Source: a virus. Taken from it: a DNA stretch of 64,000 bases. Below the pieces are notes generated by a model, which saw nothing but the letters and a program-made list of their open reading frames with translations, ran no database searches and was not told the DNA's origin. Location: IMG/VR virus record IMGVR_UViG_3300009130_000002. One strand, given 5' to 3'. A program made the translations under genes and the position numbers. Below, piece by piece: positions 47,450 through 56,751 of this stretch (position 1 is its first letter; every line of letters begins with the position of its first letter).

Positions 47450-47835
47450 AGGGACGGAGGTCAGACTTCCTAGCGAGATCCCTTTCGCCGTATGCCTGAC
47501 CACATGTCCCTATCTGGGCGGGGCTCTAGCTCTATTCATTTTATGGATACTCCTATAAAGGTCGATTGGCCCTGAAAGCTAGCTTGAATAGCCAGATCTG
47601 CCAATCTGATTAAACAAGCTTAGCTCTTTTGCGTATGCACTGGCAGACACAGTGACGGTTTCATTACGTTTTTACCTGCAGGCATCCCGCCTCCAGAACG
47701 TAACGCAGGGTTTTAAGAGAGTCTTAGGTCCTATTTAATAAACCTAATGGGTCGGGGACATAGACTCTTCACTAATCACTCCTACTATATATAAAAGTAA
47801 TTAATGAAGAGCCTCGGATTAACCGAGACTCGACA
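47450..47835 (-). ncRNA. candidate structured ncRNA, about 385 nt
   Basis: no minus-strand ORF; multiple nested stems; directly downstream of a T-rich motif copy. Confidence 0.45.
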
Positions 47836-47921
47836 TGCAACAAAAACAACAAAAAGAACACAAAACAATAAAAATTCCCTACCCCCCGAAGGAGGTAGGG
47901 AAGCATGAAGAGGATAAACCT

Positions 47922-48365
47922 TTATACAGGTTGCGTGGCCCCCATCTCACTCGATTGTGCCGGTTCTCCAGCCTCTTCTGTGTACTGTTTAACGATACCT
48001 TCCCACTTAGCTGGGATGCTAGATCCTTCACATGTTAGCGAAGCGACCCAAAGTCCAAATGCTCCACCAAGTACAGGAGTTACAGCAATTTCACTCACTG
48101 CCATAAGTGGGCCAACTACTGGAGCAAGTGGTACATGAATTAGACCTTTTAGGGCTCCTTCCCCAGCTGCACGAGCCATGGACTTGTCACCATCATTGAA
48201 ATAGTTATTGGCAGAGTCAAGAAGAGCACCCAATGTAGGGTAGCTAACAGGAGCAGTTACTGTAAAGGCCATCACGCTAGTAGCTGCAATGCTTCCAGTA
48301 ATCAGTCCTACTCCAGCTCCAATAGCTGTACCAGTTACGAGCTTTACGTTGTTTACCAGTGACAT
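47922..48365 (-). CDS. Gly/Ala-rich hydrophobic protein
   Basis: start moved to MSLVN after GGAGG; glycine-zipper-like segments. Confidence 0.65.
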   Translation of the reverse strand: MSLVNNVKLVTGTAIGAGVGLITGSIAATSVMAFTVTAPVSYPTLGALLDSANNYFNDGDKSMARAAGEGALKGLIHVPLAPVVGPLMAVSEIAVTPVLGGAFGLWVASLTCEGSSIPAKWEGIVKQYTEEAGEPAQSSEMGATQPV

Positions 48366-48418
48366 GCGAACCTCCAAATAAAAAAAGAAAAAAATCAAAA
48401 AACAGTAAAGATTCTAAG

Positions 48419-48619
48419 TTATCCTTCGATGATATTATCGAGAGCAGCCATTATCTCTCTAATCTTGTTACGAGCAATAACCAAGATACGAGCTTGGTCT
48501 TGAGGCCATCCATCTCGCACCAGCCTTTCCATCTGATGCTCATCAGTTGCATACCCGTTGGTATCTATTGGTTCGAGTAATACACAGTCAATGTCGTATT
48601 GTGTCTTGTCTCCCATCAT
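48419..48619 (-). CDS. hypothetical protein
   Basis: start moved to MMGDK after GGAGAG; the track extension is non-coding repeat DNA. Confidence 0.55.
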   Translation of the reverse strand: MMGDKTQYDIDCVLLEPIDTNGYATDEHQMERLVRDGWPQDQARILVIARNKIREIMAALDNIIEG

Positions 48620-48675
48620 GCTCTCCAGAAGAAAAAAGAAAAAAAAATCAAAATACAATAAAGATTCTATCAGTA

Positions 48676-48838
48676 GCGTAGCGGTCAAGAAGAGAAAGAA
48701 AAAAAAGAAAAAGCGAGCGAAGCGAGCTTTTGGGAAAAGAATAAGGAAAGCGAGCGAAGCGAGCTTTCCGATAGTATGCTTTTCTGTTGCGTAGCGTAGC
48801 GGAGCTGGCCTCACTCAACAGCTGCAGGGTTGCGTAGC
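48676..48838 (+). repeat. cluster of GC-GNA-GC DNA mini-hairpin motifs
   Basis: GCGAAGC at 48717 and 48754 inside AAAGCGAGCGAAGCGAGCTTT repeats; GCGTAGC at 48676, 48789, 48794, 48832. Confidence 0.8.
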
Positions 48839-48893
48839 GTATAGCACTCGCAATAAAGAAAATAAGGGGGCAAAGCCCCCTATTCTCAATTTA

Positions 48894-49169
48894 TCACCAA
48901 TACTTAGAGTCTGTGATTATTTCACCCCTTAGCATTTTCTCCAGTGTCTCCTTGTCCTTACGAAGATTCTTGATCACCAGCTCGTAGTGATCCTTCTCTT
49001 CAAGGATTCGTTGGTACTTATCAAGAGCACCACAAGAAATTGATTCCTCAAACTCCAGATCACACTCTAGCTTGAGAATGCGCTTTTGTTGCTTTGCTCC
49101 ATAATACATCATCGCAAGGATGAGGCACATGAGGATATAGAGGCAGATGCTTGTAAAAGTTGTAAACAT
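48894..49169 (-). CDS. TM plus coiled-coil small protein
   Basis: 91 aa, AGGAG RBS. Confidence 0.65.
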   Translation of the reverse strand: MFTTFTSICLYILMCLILAMMYYGAKQQKRILKLECDLEFEESISCGALDKYQRILEEKDHYELVIKNLRKDKETLEKMLRGEIITDSKYW

Positions 49170-49264
49170 TTTGTTTCTCCTTGAAACGTTGTTGGATTAC
49201 ATTAAAAAAGAAAGCCCCGAAGGACTTTCTTTTAGTTAAGAAACAGCTCTAGTTATAGAACTAT

Positions 49265-49675
49265 TTAGGGATAAAATCGGAACCCTGGCTCAAGCCAGCT
49301 ACGAGTTCGGGGTTTCTGAGAAGCAGCACACTCTTCCGCTTTAACGAGAAGCTCTTTCAATGCTGCCACTTCAACAGGTGAAACATGCTGACCAGTGCCA
49401 TGTCCTGTGTAGTTGGCATGATCTTCAGGCTCGTTGGTAATCTCGCAATTCTGCCAGATGTACTCCAAGTCACGTTTGATCTTGCCTACAAAACGATGAG
49501 CAACCTGATACGGTGTGATGGGAAACCACCACTTAATCTTAGAGACCAAGGGGTTGTACTGAAACAGTTCCGGGATCTCTTCGGGTTCGTATATCTCATG
49601 CTCCAAGTCGCGCATATACTCTGCTTCTAGTCGGGCATTGATTTGTTCTGCATAGGGGTTCTTAGTTTTTGTCAT
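49265..49675 (-). CDS. hypothetical protein
   Basis: start moved to MTKTK after AGGAGG. Confidence 0.6.
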   Translation of the reverse strand: MTKTKNPYAEQINARLEAEYMRDLEHEIYEPEEIPELFQYNPLVSKIKWWFPITPYQVAHRFVGKIKRDLEYIWQNCEITNEPEDHANYTGHGTGQHVSPVEVAALKELLVKAEECAASQKPRTRSWLEPGFRFYP

Positions 49676-49737
49676 ATAAACAGCCTCCTTAAGCTGCATT
49701 AAAAAGAAAAACGGGGAGCCGAAGCTCCCCGTTAGTC

Positions 49738-51024
49738 TTATAGTGCCCCGATTGCTTGAATACGCAATTGGCGAACCCAATCAGCAATGGCAGGACCTTT
49801 CTTGTCCGGCCACTTCTTGGGATCAAACTTCACTGCCTTACAGACATGGAATACTTCTTCATAGAAGTCCAGGTCCACAGCCTTAGTCGGGAAAGGACCA
49901 GTACGATCCTCTCGACGACCCATTTGATCTGCATTAGAGCACTTCATGATAGAACGAAGAAGCTCCACGTCTTTGAAGTTGCCACTACAGATAGCAACAA
50001 GATCATGAATCTTCCCAGCTCTCTTAACTGTGTACACTTTGAGGTGATACTCAGTTACGATGAGTGCCAGCTTCTTGAAGTCCTTAGGGACATTCAACAT
50101 ATTGCAAACCTCTTCTGTCACAGGCACACCAGACTTCTCATGTCCGTGATGCTTTGGCAGCTCCTCTTTAGGAGTCAGACCCTTACCCAGATCGTGACAC
50201 AGGATGGCAAACATCTCTTTCTCAGAGCAACCCAAGGAAGCTCCAACATCAAGACACTGCATCACATGCTCAAATACATCCCCTTCTGGGTGGTATTTGT
50301 AGGGTTGAGTCTGCCCGTGGAATGCATGCACCTGAGGGAGCAGCACCTCCAAGGCACCGATTTCACTCAGCACCTCAAAGAAACGGGAAGGTTTGTCAGT
50401 CTTGAATGCCTTGCACATCTCACGGAAGAATCGATCCCGCAGTGACAATGCCACTCGTGAAGATAGATTCTCCATGGTCAAGAGCCCCTCTTTCACCATC
50501 TCCTGCATAACCTCAAGGGCTTCAGGATCTAGTGCCAGGTCATACTTGGCTGCAAATCGTGCTGCACGGATTACACGGACCGCATCCTCCTTGAAGGCAT
50601 TACGATCAATGATTCGATAGACCTTGTTATCAAGATCTTCACGACCACCGTACACATCAATGATTGTCCCATCAGACTTCTGTGCCATTGCACACATTGG
50701 GGCCTCACGTCTGCCCAAGTCTTCGATGAGAGTTACACCCTCTGCATTGACCTCAAAGCCCTTATCACCCTCACCGGTCTTAACTTCGGTACGAGCCAAT
50801 GCATACTCTTCTCCTTCACTACACAGGTAGACAGGAAACACAGCTGCTGGTACCAGGGTAAACCCGGCATCCACCATCATGTCATGAGATGCACCGACAA
50901 CGACCCAGTCAAGGTCCTTGGGTTCCAGGCCAAGATATGCATCCCGTACAGCTCCACCTACAAGGTAGACCTCTACGCCAGGATTCATTTCAAGGTTGCT
51001 GACTTCATTCTTAATTTTTCTCAT
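49738..51024 (-). CDS. cca: multifunctional CCA tRNA nucleotidyltransferase with HD domain
   Basis: YLVGGAVRD..LG...DLDWV, YALARTE, EDAVRVIRAARF, HPEGD..EH, HDLGK, HHGHE. Confidence 0.9.
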   Translation of the reverse strand: MRKIKNEVSNLEMNPGVEVYLVGGAVRDAYLGLEPKDLDWVVVGASHDMMVDAGFTLVPAAVFPVYLCSEGEEYALARTEVKTGEGDKGFEVNAEGVTLIEDLGRREAPMCAMAQKSDGTIIDVYGGREDLDNKVYRIIDRNAFKEDAVRVIRAARFAAKYDLALDPEALEVMQEMVKEGLLTMENLSSRVALSLRDRFFREMCKAFKTDKPSRFFEVLSEIGALEVLLPQVHAFHGQTQPYKYHPEGDVFEHVMQCLDVGASLGCSEKEMFAILCHDLGKGLTPKEELPKHHGHEKSGVPVTEEVCNMLNVPKDFKKLALIVTEYHLKVYTVKRAGKIHDLVAICSGNFKDVELLRSIMKCSNADQMGRREDRTGPFPTKAVDLDFYEEVFHVCKAVKFDPKKWPDKKGPAIADWVRQLRIQAIGAL

Positions 51025-51109
51025 TCTTTTCTCCAGTGTTATGAGCCAACGGCTCTGTTCATTAAAAAAGAAAAACTGGGCCATAGGCCCAGCTCTCTTT
51101 GGTTATTGG

Positions 51110-52291
51110 CTAGTAGCATCCAGGATCAAAATCACGATCCTGTTCAGCTTGTTCCCAGCCTTGGTTTTCAAGGTAACGCTCATAGCCTTCTTCGGCTAAA
51201 CGTTCACCTTCAGCTTCTTCCATTGAAGCCGTTGCTTCTTCCTTCTCACACTTGGTAGAGCAATAGTGCTCCTGCTCATGACTGAGATATGCGTGACAAT
51301 GGTCACACTTTCTACTCATGCCATACCCATCAGAACCATTAGGCATTCCTGCCTCATGATGCTCCTTCATCTTAGTGAAGACCTCAGGGTCATCACTGAA
51401 GAATACAGGAATACCAAGGAACCTTGCAGTTCGGATTCCCATGGCAGTGCCACCCGTTGGCTGCTCATGAGTGCCATTTGCCCAACAGACCAAAAACTTC
51501 ACTGGATGATCCAGATTTGGTCCAAGAAGAATCATGATGTTTCGCACCATGAGCTTCTTAACATAGGGCTTCAGCCTACTCCATGCTGGGTGCATCTTCT
51601 CTGCTAATGCCAATACGTTGGCGTCAATCCTATCAAGATTAACATGATCTGCAGTGAAGATATCCTGGTTGTACCAAGCACACCCTTCCATGAATGCTGA
51701 ATCAGCACCCTGGGCAGCACCAGACCGAAGGATCCAACCTCTGGACTCCATCACACCTGCAAACTTGGTCATCCAAGAAAGGTGTCCTTGTGGAGTTACC
51801 CGAGCCCCAACACCTGCATAGGCATTGTAGTTCCAGTACTTTTCAGGATTACTCAACAAGTGAGCAAGAGCCCGAGCCTGGTTGTTCTCCGTCTTTGCAA
51901 ACTTATCCGTTAGGACGGTAGCTTTGCAGAAACGAAGATGATCCAACAGCTCACTCATCAGGCGTCGGTTCCACCGAGCCCACTTCTGCCACAATGCCAA
52001 GTAGGTTTCCCAGTACTTGAAATTGGGGTTTTTCGCAGGCTTGCCTTTGCCAGTACCCTTCAGTTGCTGATATGCAATCTCTATTGAGATCAATACCAGT
52101 CCCTTCTGGATGAGGGCCTTGAATGCACTAAACCGGGTGCCATCCCAACGGTTCTGCTCCAGTGTTCCTTCAGGGACGTTATATCCATGAGGCTCACCTA
52201 CAGAATGGGTTGCCTGTGAATGCACAGGTACATGTGGCTCTTGATAAGCCACCCGCTTCCAAGTGTATGTGTCTTCTGTTTTCATTTCCAT
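51110..52291 (-). CDS. two-domain protein with C-terminal SLOG/DprA-like domain
   Basis: YAGVGARVTP, SGAAQGAD, VRNIMILLG, LVCWA, GGTAMGIR; start moved to MEMK after AGGAGG. Confidence 0.8.
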   Translation of the reverse strand: MEMKTEDTYTWKRVAYQEPHVPVHSQATHSVGEPHGYNVPEGTLEQNRWDGTRFSAFKALIQKGLVLISIEIAYQQLKGTGKGKPAKNPNFKYWETYLALWQKWARWNRRLMSELLDHLRFCKATVLTDKFAKTENNQARALAHLLSNPEKYWNYNAYAGVGARVTPQGHLSWMTKFAGVMESRGWILRSGAAQGADSAFMEGCAWYNQDIFTADHVNLDRIDANVLALAEKMHPAWSRLKPYVKKLMVRNIMILLGPNLDHPVKFLVCWANGTHEQPTGGTAMGIRTARFLGIPVFFSDDPEVFTKMKEHHEAGMPNGSDGYGMSRKCDHCHAYLSHEQEHYCSTKCEKEEATASMEEAEGERLAEEGYERYLENQGWEQAEQDRDFDPGCY

Positions 52292-52353
52292 AATATGCGG
52301 CCTCCTATTCCGCATTAAAAAAGAAAAACAGGGGAGCAAAGCTCCCCTATTAA

Positions 52354-52683
52354 TCAAGACATAGATGCCCCTGAAAGCCAAAGACCCTTATAGGTCTCTG
52401 CCTGTTCCTCTTTCATGCTTTGGGTTTGTTCCCAGCTCTTCCAAGCCTCATACCAGTCACAAGCTGGAGTAGCATCCCGCCATTCATCAAAGACATCCCA
52501 GCACATCTCCATGTACTCGTCTTGCTCTTGACGATCAATTTCCTCAAAAGACTTCCACAATCGCTCAGGGCATGAAGCCAAGGCGAACAAGGGAAACCCT
52601 TCTGGGGAAGTAACCTCTTCCAATCCCTCTTCAATGAAGGAATGGTTAGATGCTCCACGTACTTGTCCATACTTAATAGTCAT
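52354..52683 (-). CDS. hypothetical acidic protein
   Basis: 109 aa, AGGAGAG RBS. Confidence 0.7.
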   Translation of the reverse strand: MTIKYGQVRGASNHSFIEEGLEEVTSPEGFPLFALASCPERLWKSFEEIDRQEQDEYMEMCWDVFDEWRDATPACDWYEAWKSWEQTQSMKEEQAETYKGLWLSGASMS

Positions 52684-52936
52684 AATGACTCTCCTTTGTT
52701 AATGTTGCATATAAAAAAAGAAAGGCCCTCACTACACAGTAGTGAAGGCCCAAAGATCAATCTCCAATAAGTCGAGATTGATCTTCTTCTTCTTTTGCTA
52801 GCTCACGAATAAGCTGGGCTTTACCCAACTCAGCCTGAAGCTCAGACACAGAAACTTCTTTCTGCCCTGTCTTCTCGGCTATTTCCTTTGCTAGCCTTTT
52901 AATTGCAGACATACTCTCCCCCTTTTTTGTCTGTTA

Positions 52937-53308
52937 TTATTGTGGTGGAATACCATACTTCTTTTGGTCTTCCAGTGCTTCCTCAACTGCTTCTTCATGA
53001 GACGGCTGCTTATCACCACGAGAACGCAGTGCTGCCCAGATGCCCACGATGGTCAAAGCCATCAATTTTGGATATCTTACAATATCCTCAATTTTCTGCT
53101 TCGGGCTTGCCAGGGACAACCACCTCTCGAAATCCTCAATGGGTTGAGGAATATCTTCGTGCTCATGGAAATGCATCTCTCCCCATGCCCACCATGCTGC
53201 CTTATGTAAGGCGATGATGGGTAGGAAGATGATGGCCATTCCGTATAGAAACCAGCTGTTGTTGTGCATATTTTTCTCCGTTGTTGTTTGTTGCACGTTA
53301 CCTTTCAT
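52937..53308 (-). CDS. small membrane-associated protein
   Basis: 123 aa with hydrophobic segments. Confidence 0.6.
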   Translation of the reverse strand: MKGNVQQTTTEKNMHNNSWFLYGMAIIFLPIIALHKAAWWAWGEMHFHEHEDIPQPIEDFERWLSLASPKQKIEDIVRYPKLMALTIVGIWAALRSRGDKQPSHEEAVEEALEDQKKYGIPPQ

Positions 53309-53369
53309 AAATAAAAAAGAGCCCCGAAGGGCTCTTTCTTATCGAGGTAGACTACCTCTTAGTTAGGGT

Positions 53370-55199
53370 TTACACCATGGAGTCAACCATAGCATCCAGA
53401 GATGCCTGATTGAATTCCTGGTCTTTCACATCAAGAACCTTCTGAGCCTCAGAGTCGCTGTCACGCTTCTCCTTAGCTGCGGCCTTGATCTTTTCCCACT
53501 GGAGTGACTGCCACTCCTTCAGGATGAGGGGCTTCTCGATGAACACGACTCCATGCTCGTACATGGTGCCTGCCTCGACATTACCCCAGGTGTCTGAGGC
53601 ATAATCACGAAGATTATGCATCATGTCCTGAATTGTGGGGAACAACTGGTCAATGCCCTTGTCAGAGCATGCCTTTGCCAGAGTTCGGAACATGCCCGGT
53701 GTCCAGGCCATGGCTTCCTCGTCCTTGACGATTCGACCACGAAGATGCCGGAACTCAGAGTCCTCAGCATCTTGCCAAGACGCAGTCTGAGTCCAAACCC
53801 CGTCAGCCTCACGCGAGGTGAGAGTCAAGGGTTCGTTGTCTCGCTGCTCAAGCTGCCACACGATGACAGCTCCCTTGGGCCAGTCTTTCGGAATCTGGTC
53901 CACGATCGCCTTGCACTCACGGTACTCAGCTTCGTTTTCCTTCTTCCAATCCGACCAGTCAGCCAGACAAACGTCCAGCTGAGCCTGCAGGTTACCAGCC
54001 CGAAGCATCTGCTTTCGCAGTGTCCGCATGCCATTCAACCGGTTAAGGCTGTAAGACTTACGTTCGAGCAGGTCGATTACCTTCTCAACGCGACCCACAA
54101 GGTTGCTGTTGTTCTGGCCAAAGACCTTCCCCATTACCACTCGATGCCACGTCTGGTACCGAGTAGATTCGAGGATTCTATCGTAGTGGTCTTCTGGACG
54201 AAGACCTTTACGGATCTGGTGCTCCACTGTCTGGAGCATTGCAGGCACATCTGCCAGTGATGGCAGAAATGTTCCACGATGTAGAGCCAAAGCCAGCTCG
54301 GGCATTGTTTCCAACGGATACTTGTCGTACACCTTGCAGGTGCCGAGGTACATCGCTGCACCAAGACCAATCTGCATGTTGTACTGCTTCACCGCTTCAG
54401 CCTGACGAGCCAGGACCTGGGCCTGAGTGCACCCTTCAGCCAGCTCAATCGCTGCCTTAGCCTCACGAGCCACAGTCAGCCGTGAGTAGATGCGCCGTAC
54501 CGACACTTGGTCGTGGCACATCTCCCGCGTCAGTGGCAGTGGGGCAAGGACGATCTTGCCAGTTGTTGGATTCTTCAGATGGCCGTACTTGGCCTGATAC
54601 TCCACGAATGCCTGACGGCACTCGTCATTGAGCATTTCAGCTTCGTCACGGAGTTCCACAGCCCGATTTAATCGGAACAAGCTAGCCTCACGAGAAGGCA
54701 AGCCGTCCAACACGTCCAGGTAACCCTGGTCATGAGGGACTTTGAGCCGATCGAGCCAGGACGTTGTTGGGACCGTGATGAATTGTCCGCCAATCCCACG
54801 AACTTTACGGCTGGTGCCGCTCCATTCGTTGATTGCCTTGAACAAGTTCACCATTGGCTCCTTGACAGCCCGACGTTCCATGATCACATCCATGATCCCC
54901 AGGTTTTCCACCATTTTCATGGCGTTAAGGTACTCACGAAAGTAATCGTCAGTTACGTTGTTGGCCGACAACTTACGCTCAACGTAAGCCCCCACGATGC
55001 CCCGAAACTGAGTCATGGACAATCCTTGCGAATTGTGCATGAACTCAGATGTTGCGTCACCCTTGATGACGATTCCGTGTTGAAGCCCACCAGGGACCTC
55101 ATTACCGGATTCATCAACCGAGCAGGTCTGCTCATCCACCACGTTGCTACAAGCGAACATGGCTTCAATCTCTAACATCTTTTGTGTTTCCATAGTCAT
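53370..55199 (-). CDS. large hypothetical protein (about 609 aa)
   Basis: long ORF with GC3-rich codons; start moved to MTMETQ after AGGAG. Confidence 0.8.
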   Translation of the reverse strand: MTMETQKMLEIEAMFACSNVVDEQTCSVDESGNEVPGGLQHGIVIKGDATSEFMHNSQGLSMTQFRGIVGAYVERKLSANNVTDDYFREYLNAMKMVENLGIMDVIMERRAVKEPMVNLFKAINEWSGTSRKVRGIGGQFITVPTTSWLDRLKVPHDQGYLDVLDGLPSREASLFRLNRAVELRDEAEMLNDECRQAFVEYQAKYGHLKNPTTGKIVLAPLPLTREMCHDQVSVRRIYSRLTVAREAKAAIELAEGCTQAQVLARQAEAVKQYNMQIGLGAAMYLGTCKVYDKYPLETMPELALALHRGTFLPSLADVPAMLQTVEHQIRKGLRPEDHYDRILESTRYQTWHRVVMGKVFGQNNSNLVGRVEKVIDLLERKSYSLNRLNGMRTLRKQMLRAGNLQAQLDVCLADWSDWKKENEAEYRECKAIVDQIPKDWPKGAVIVWQLEQRDNEPLTLTSREADGVWTQTASWQDAEDSEFRHLRGRIVKDEEAMAWTPGMFRTLAKACSDKGIDQLFPTIQDMMHNLRDYASDTWGNVEAGTMYEHGVVFIEKPLILKEWQSLQWEKIKAAAKEKRDSDSEAQKVLDVKDQEFNQASLDAMVDSMV

Positions 55200-55295
55200 T
55201 CTATGACTCCTTCTGTTGTGGCCCAATTAAGGGCCTGTTTTTGTTTGCATAAAAAAGAAAAAGGGGCCAATGGCCCCTCTCTCTTATTCAAATTC

Positions 55296-55622
55296 TTATT
55301 CTCTAGGACTCAGTTCGTCTAAGTCCTTCTTGACCCGATCACGGGTCTTAGAGTCCATCATGTCCCACTCACGGTGAGACTTTGCTACCCCATGACGGGT
55401 AGACGTGAGGCCCCGATGACCCTTTCTCAGCTCAGCCCACGAGGCCGGGACCTCTAGGCCCAACTCCTTGTAAGCTTTTGCCGAATCGGCCAGCCGCCGA
55501 AGCAGACTTCCCCACACGTTCATGTCCAGGCCCCCAGAGACCCGGAAGCAGTGGATTTCAAGCAAAAGCCCTGCCCGGTTAGCGGTTACAACCTCTGTCG
55601 CTACTTCTGTATAATTCTTCAT
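55296..55622 (-). CDS. hypothetical protein
   Basis: start moved to MKNY after AGGAGAG. Confidence 0.7.
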   Translation of the reverse strand: MKNYTEVATEVVTANRAGLLLEIHCFRVSGGLDMNVWGSLLRRLADSAKAYKELGLEVPASWAELRKGHRGLTSTRHGVAKSHREWDMMDSKTRDRVKKDLDELSPRE

Positions 55623-55706
55623 GTATCTCTCCTTTGAGATGTTAATGTTGCATAAAAAAAGAAAGCCAGTGTGAGATAAACCCACACTGACTTCTTTCTT
55701 AGGCCC

Positions 55707-56018
55707 TTAAGCCTTCAGAAACTGCTTCCACAGCTTCTGAATCTGACGCACCTGCTTATAGCAGCGGATTCCCTCCGTGATGGAGATTTTCCGCCGCCCT
55801 TGCGTGCAGAGTTTCCCAGTCACCTTGGTCTTTGAGACCGTGACCTCGACCCACTGGTAAGAGTCCTCGTCCAACCAGAGCCGTACCGTTCTCGGCTTGT
55901 CCCACGTCGGGTAACCGACCTCTACAAACGATGAGCCGAGACCACTACTTGACTCCAGCTTTTCCGCCAGAGTTTCAGTGAATGAGCAAGCTGCGGTTTC
56001 GATGTCAAATGTTGCCAT
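55707..56018 (-). CDS. hypothetical protein
   Basis: start moved to MATF after AGGAG. Confidence 0.7.
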   Translation of the reverse strand: MATFDIETAACSFTETLAEKLESSSGLGSSFVEVGYPTWDKPRTVRLWLDEDSYQWVEVTVSKTKVTGKLCTQGRRKISITEGIRCYKQVRQIQKLWKQFLKA

Positions 56019-56113
56019 GATTTTAATTCTCCTGGGGATTTTATCCCCTGTTGTTGTTACGTTAAAAAAAGAAAAGACCGCCACTAATGTGACGGTCTGA
56101 GAGGTTATTACCC

Positions 56114-56404
56114 CTATTTTCTCTTTGCGAGCACCCAGACAGTTTGCCCTTTGATTGGATACATTGGGTAGACCTGGACCAGCTCTACCTTCTCCACCCG
56201 CTTATCAACCCTAACCCCTAGCTTCTGTCCTGCTAGGAACCTGGCTCTGTTCTTTACAAAGTGGGGCATGCTCTTGTTTGTGTACTTGAAGCACACATGT
56301 CCTTTAGGGGCCTTTCCGACCCCAGTCATGCAGTTTGCCGGGAATGGCTCTGCTTGAGCTAGGGTTGACATTGCCATTACCGCTACCATTACTAATGTTC
56401 TCAT
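56114..56404 (-). CDS. secreted/periplasmic small protein
   Basis: signal peptide ending AQA; two Cys. Confidence 0.7.
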   Translation of the reverse strand: MRTLVMVAVMAMSTLAQAEPFPANCMTGVGKAPKGHVCFKYTNKSMPHFVKNRARFLAGQKLGVRVDKRVEKVELVQVYPMYPIKGQTVWVLAKRK

Positions 56405-56481
56405 CTTAATCTCCTATATGTGATGAGTTGTTCATTAAAAAAAAGAAAGCCGGGATAGGACCGACTTTCTCTTTTGAAGAC

Positions 56482-56751
56482 TTACTTCTTGAAGGAGGCC
56501 TTGACTTCCTTCATCTTCCTACCACAGAGCCGCTTCATCTTCCCGCCCTGGTTCTCCAACTCCTTCACCTGCATTGGCTCTGGACTCTCGAACCAGCCCG
56601 TAATATACTGCCACACCCAGTGGGTATACACAGGACTCTTCTTGCGGCCCATAATCTCGTTGCTCTTGCCTACCAGGAACTGGAACGGCAAGGTGACAAC
56701 CCTGATTATAGTTACCAGTGTTTTCGTCATCTCATTTTGATTCTTTGTCAT
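56482..56751 (-). CDS. hypothetical protein
   Basis: 89 aa, AAGGAG RBS; first leftward gene after the non-coding block. Confidence 0.7.
   Translation of the reverse strand: MTKNQNEMTKTLVTIIRVVTLPFQFLVGKSNEIMGRKKSPVYTHWVWQYITGWFESPEPMQVKELENQGGKMKRLCGRKMKEVKASFKK

Larger units (their letters stand above)
34470..48666 (-). repeat. dispersed T-rich intergenic motif, about 14 copies
   Basis: minus-strand core AATYTTTATTGTTTTTTG followed by T-rich run and often TTGGAG; copies at about 34470, 36334, 39877, 40241 (degenerate), 41813, 42623, 44719, 45157, 45546, 46494, 47402, 47846, 48372, 48631. Confidence 0.85.

Noticed and set aside
47450-47520. SRP RNA, tmRNA, RNase P or hammerhead assignment
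   Set aside because: Only partial GUCAGG/GGAAG similarity; the canonical SRP loop, tmRNA ends, RNase P P4 and hammerhead core were not found
48620-48814. Coding extension of ORF 48419..48814 and plus-strand ORF 48558..48794
   Set aside because: Poly-Phe or poly-Lys translations arise from the A/T-rich motif and mini-hairpin repeats
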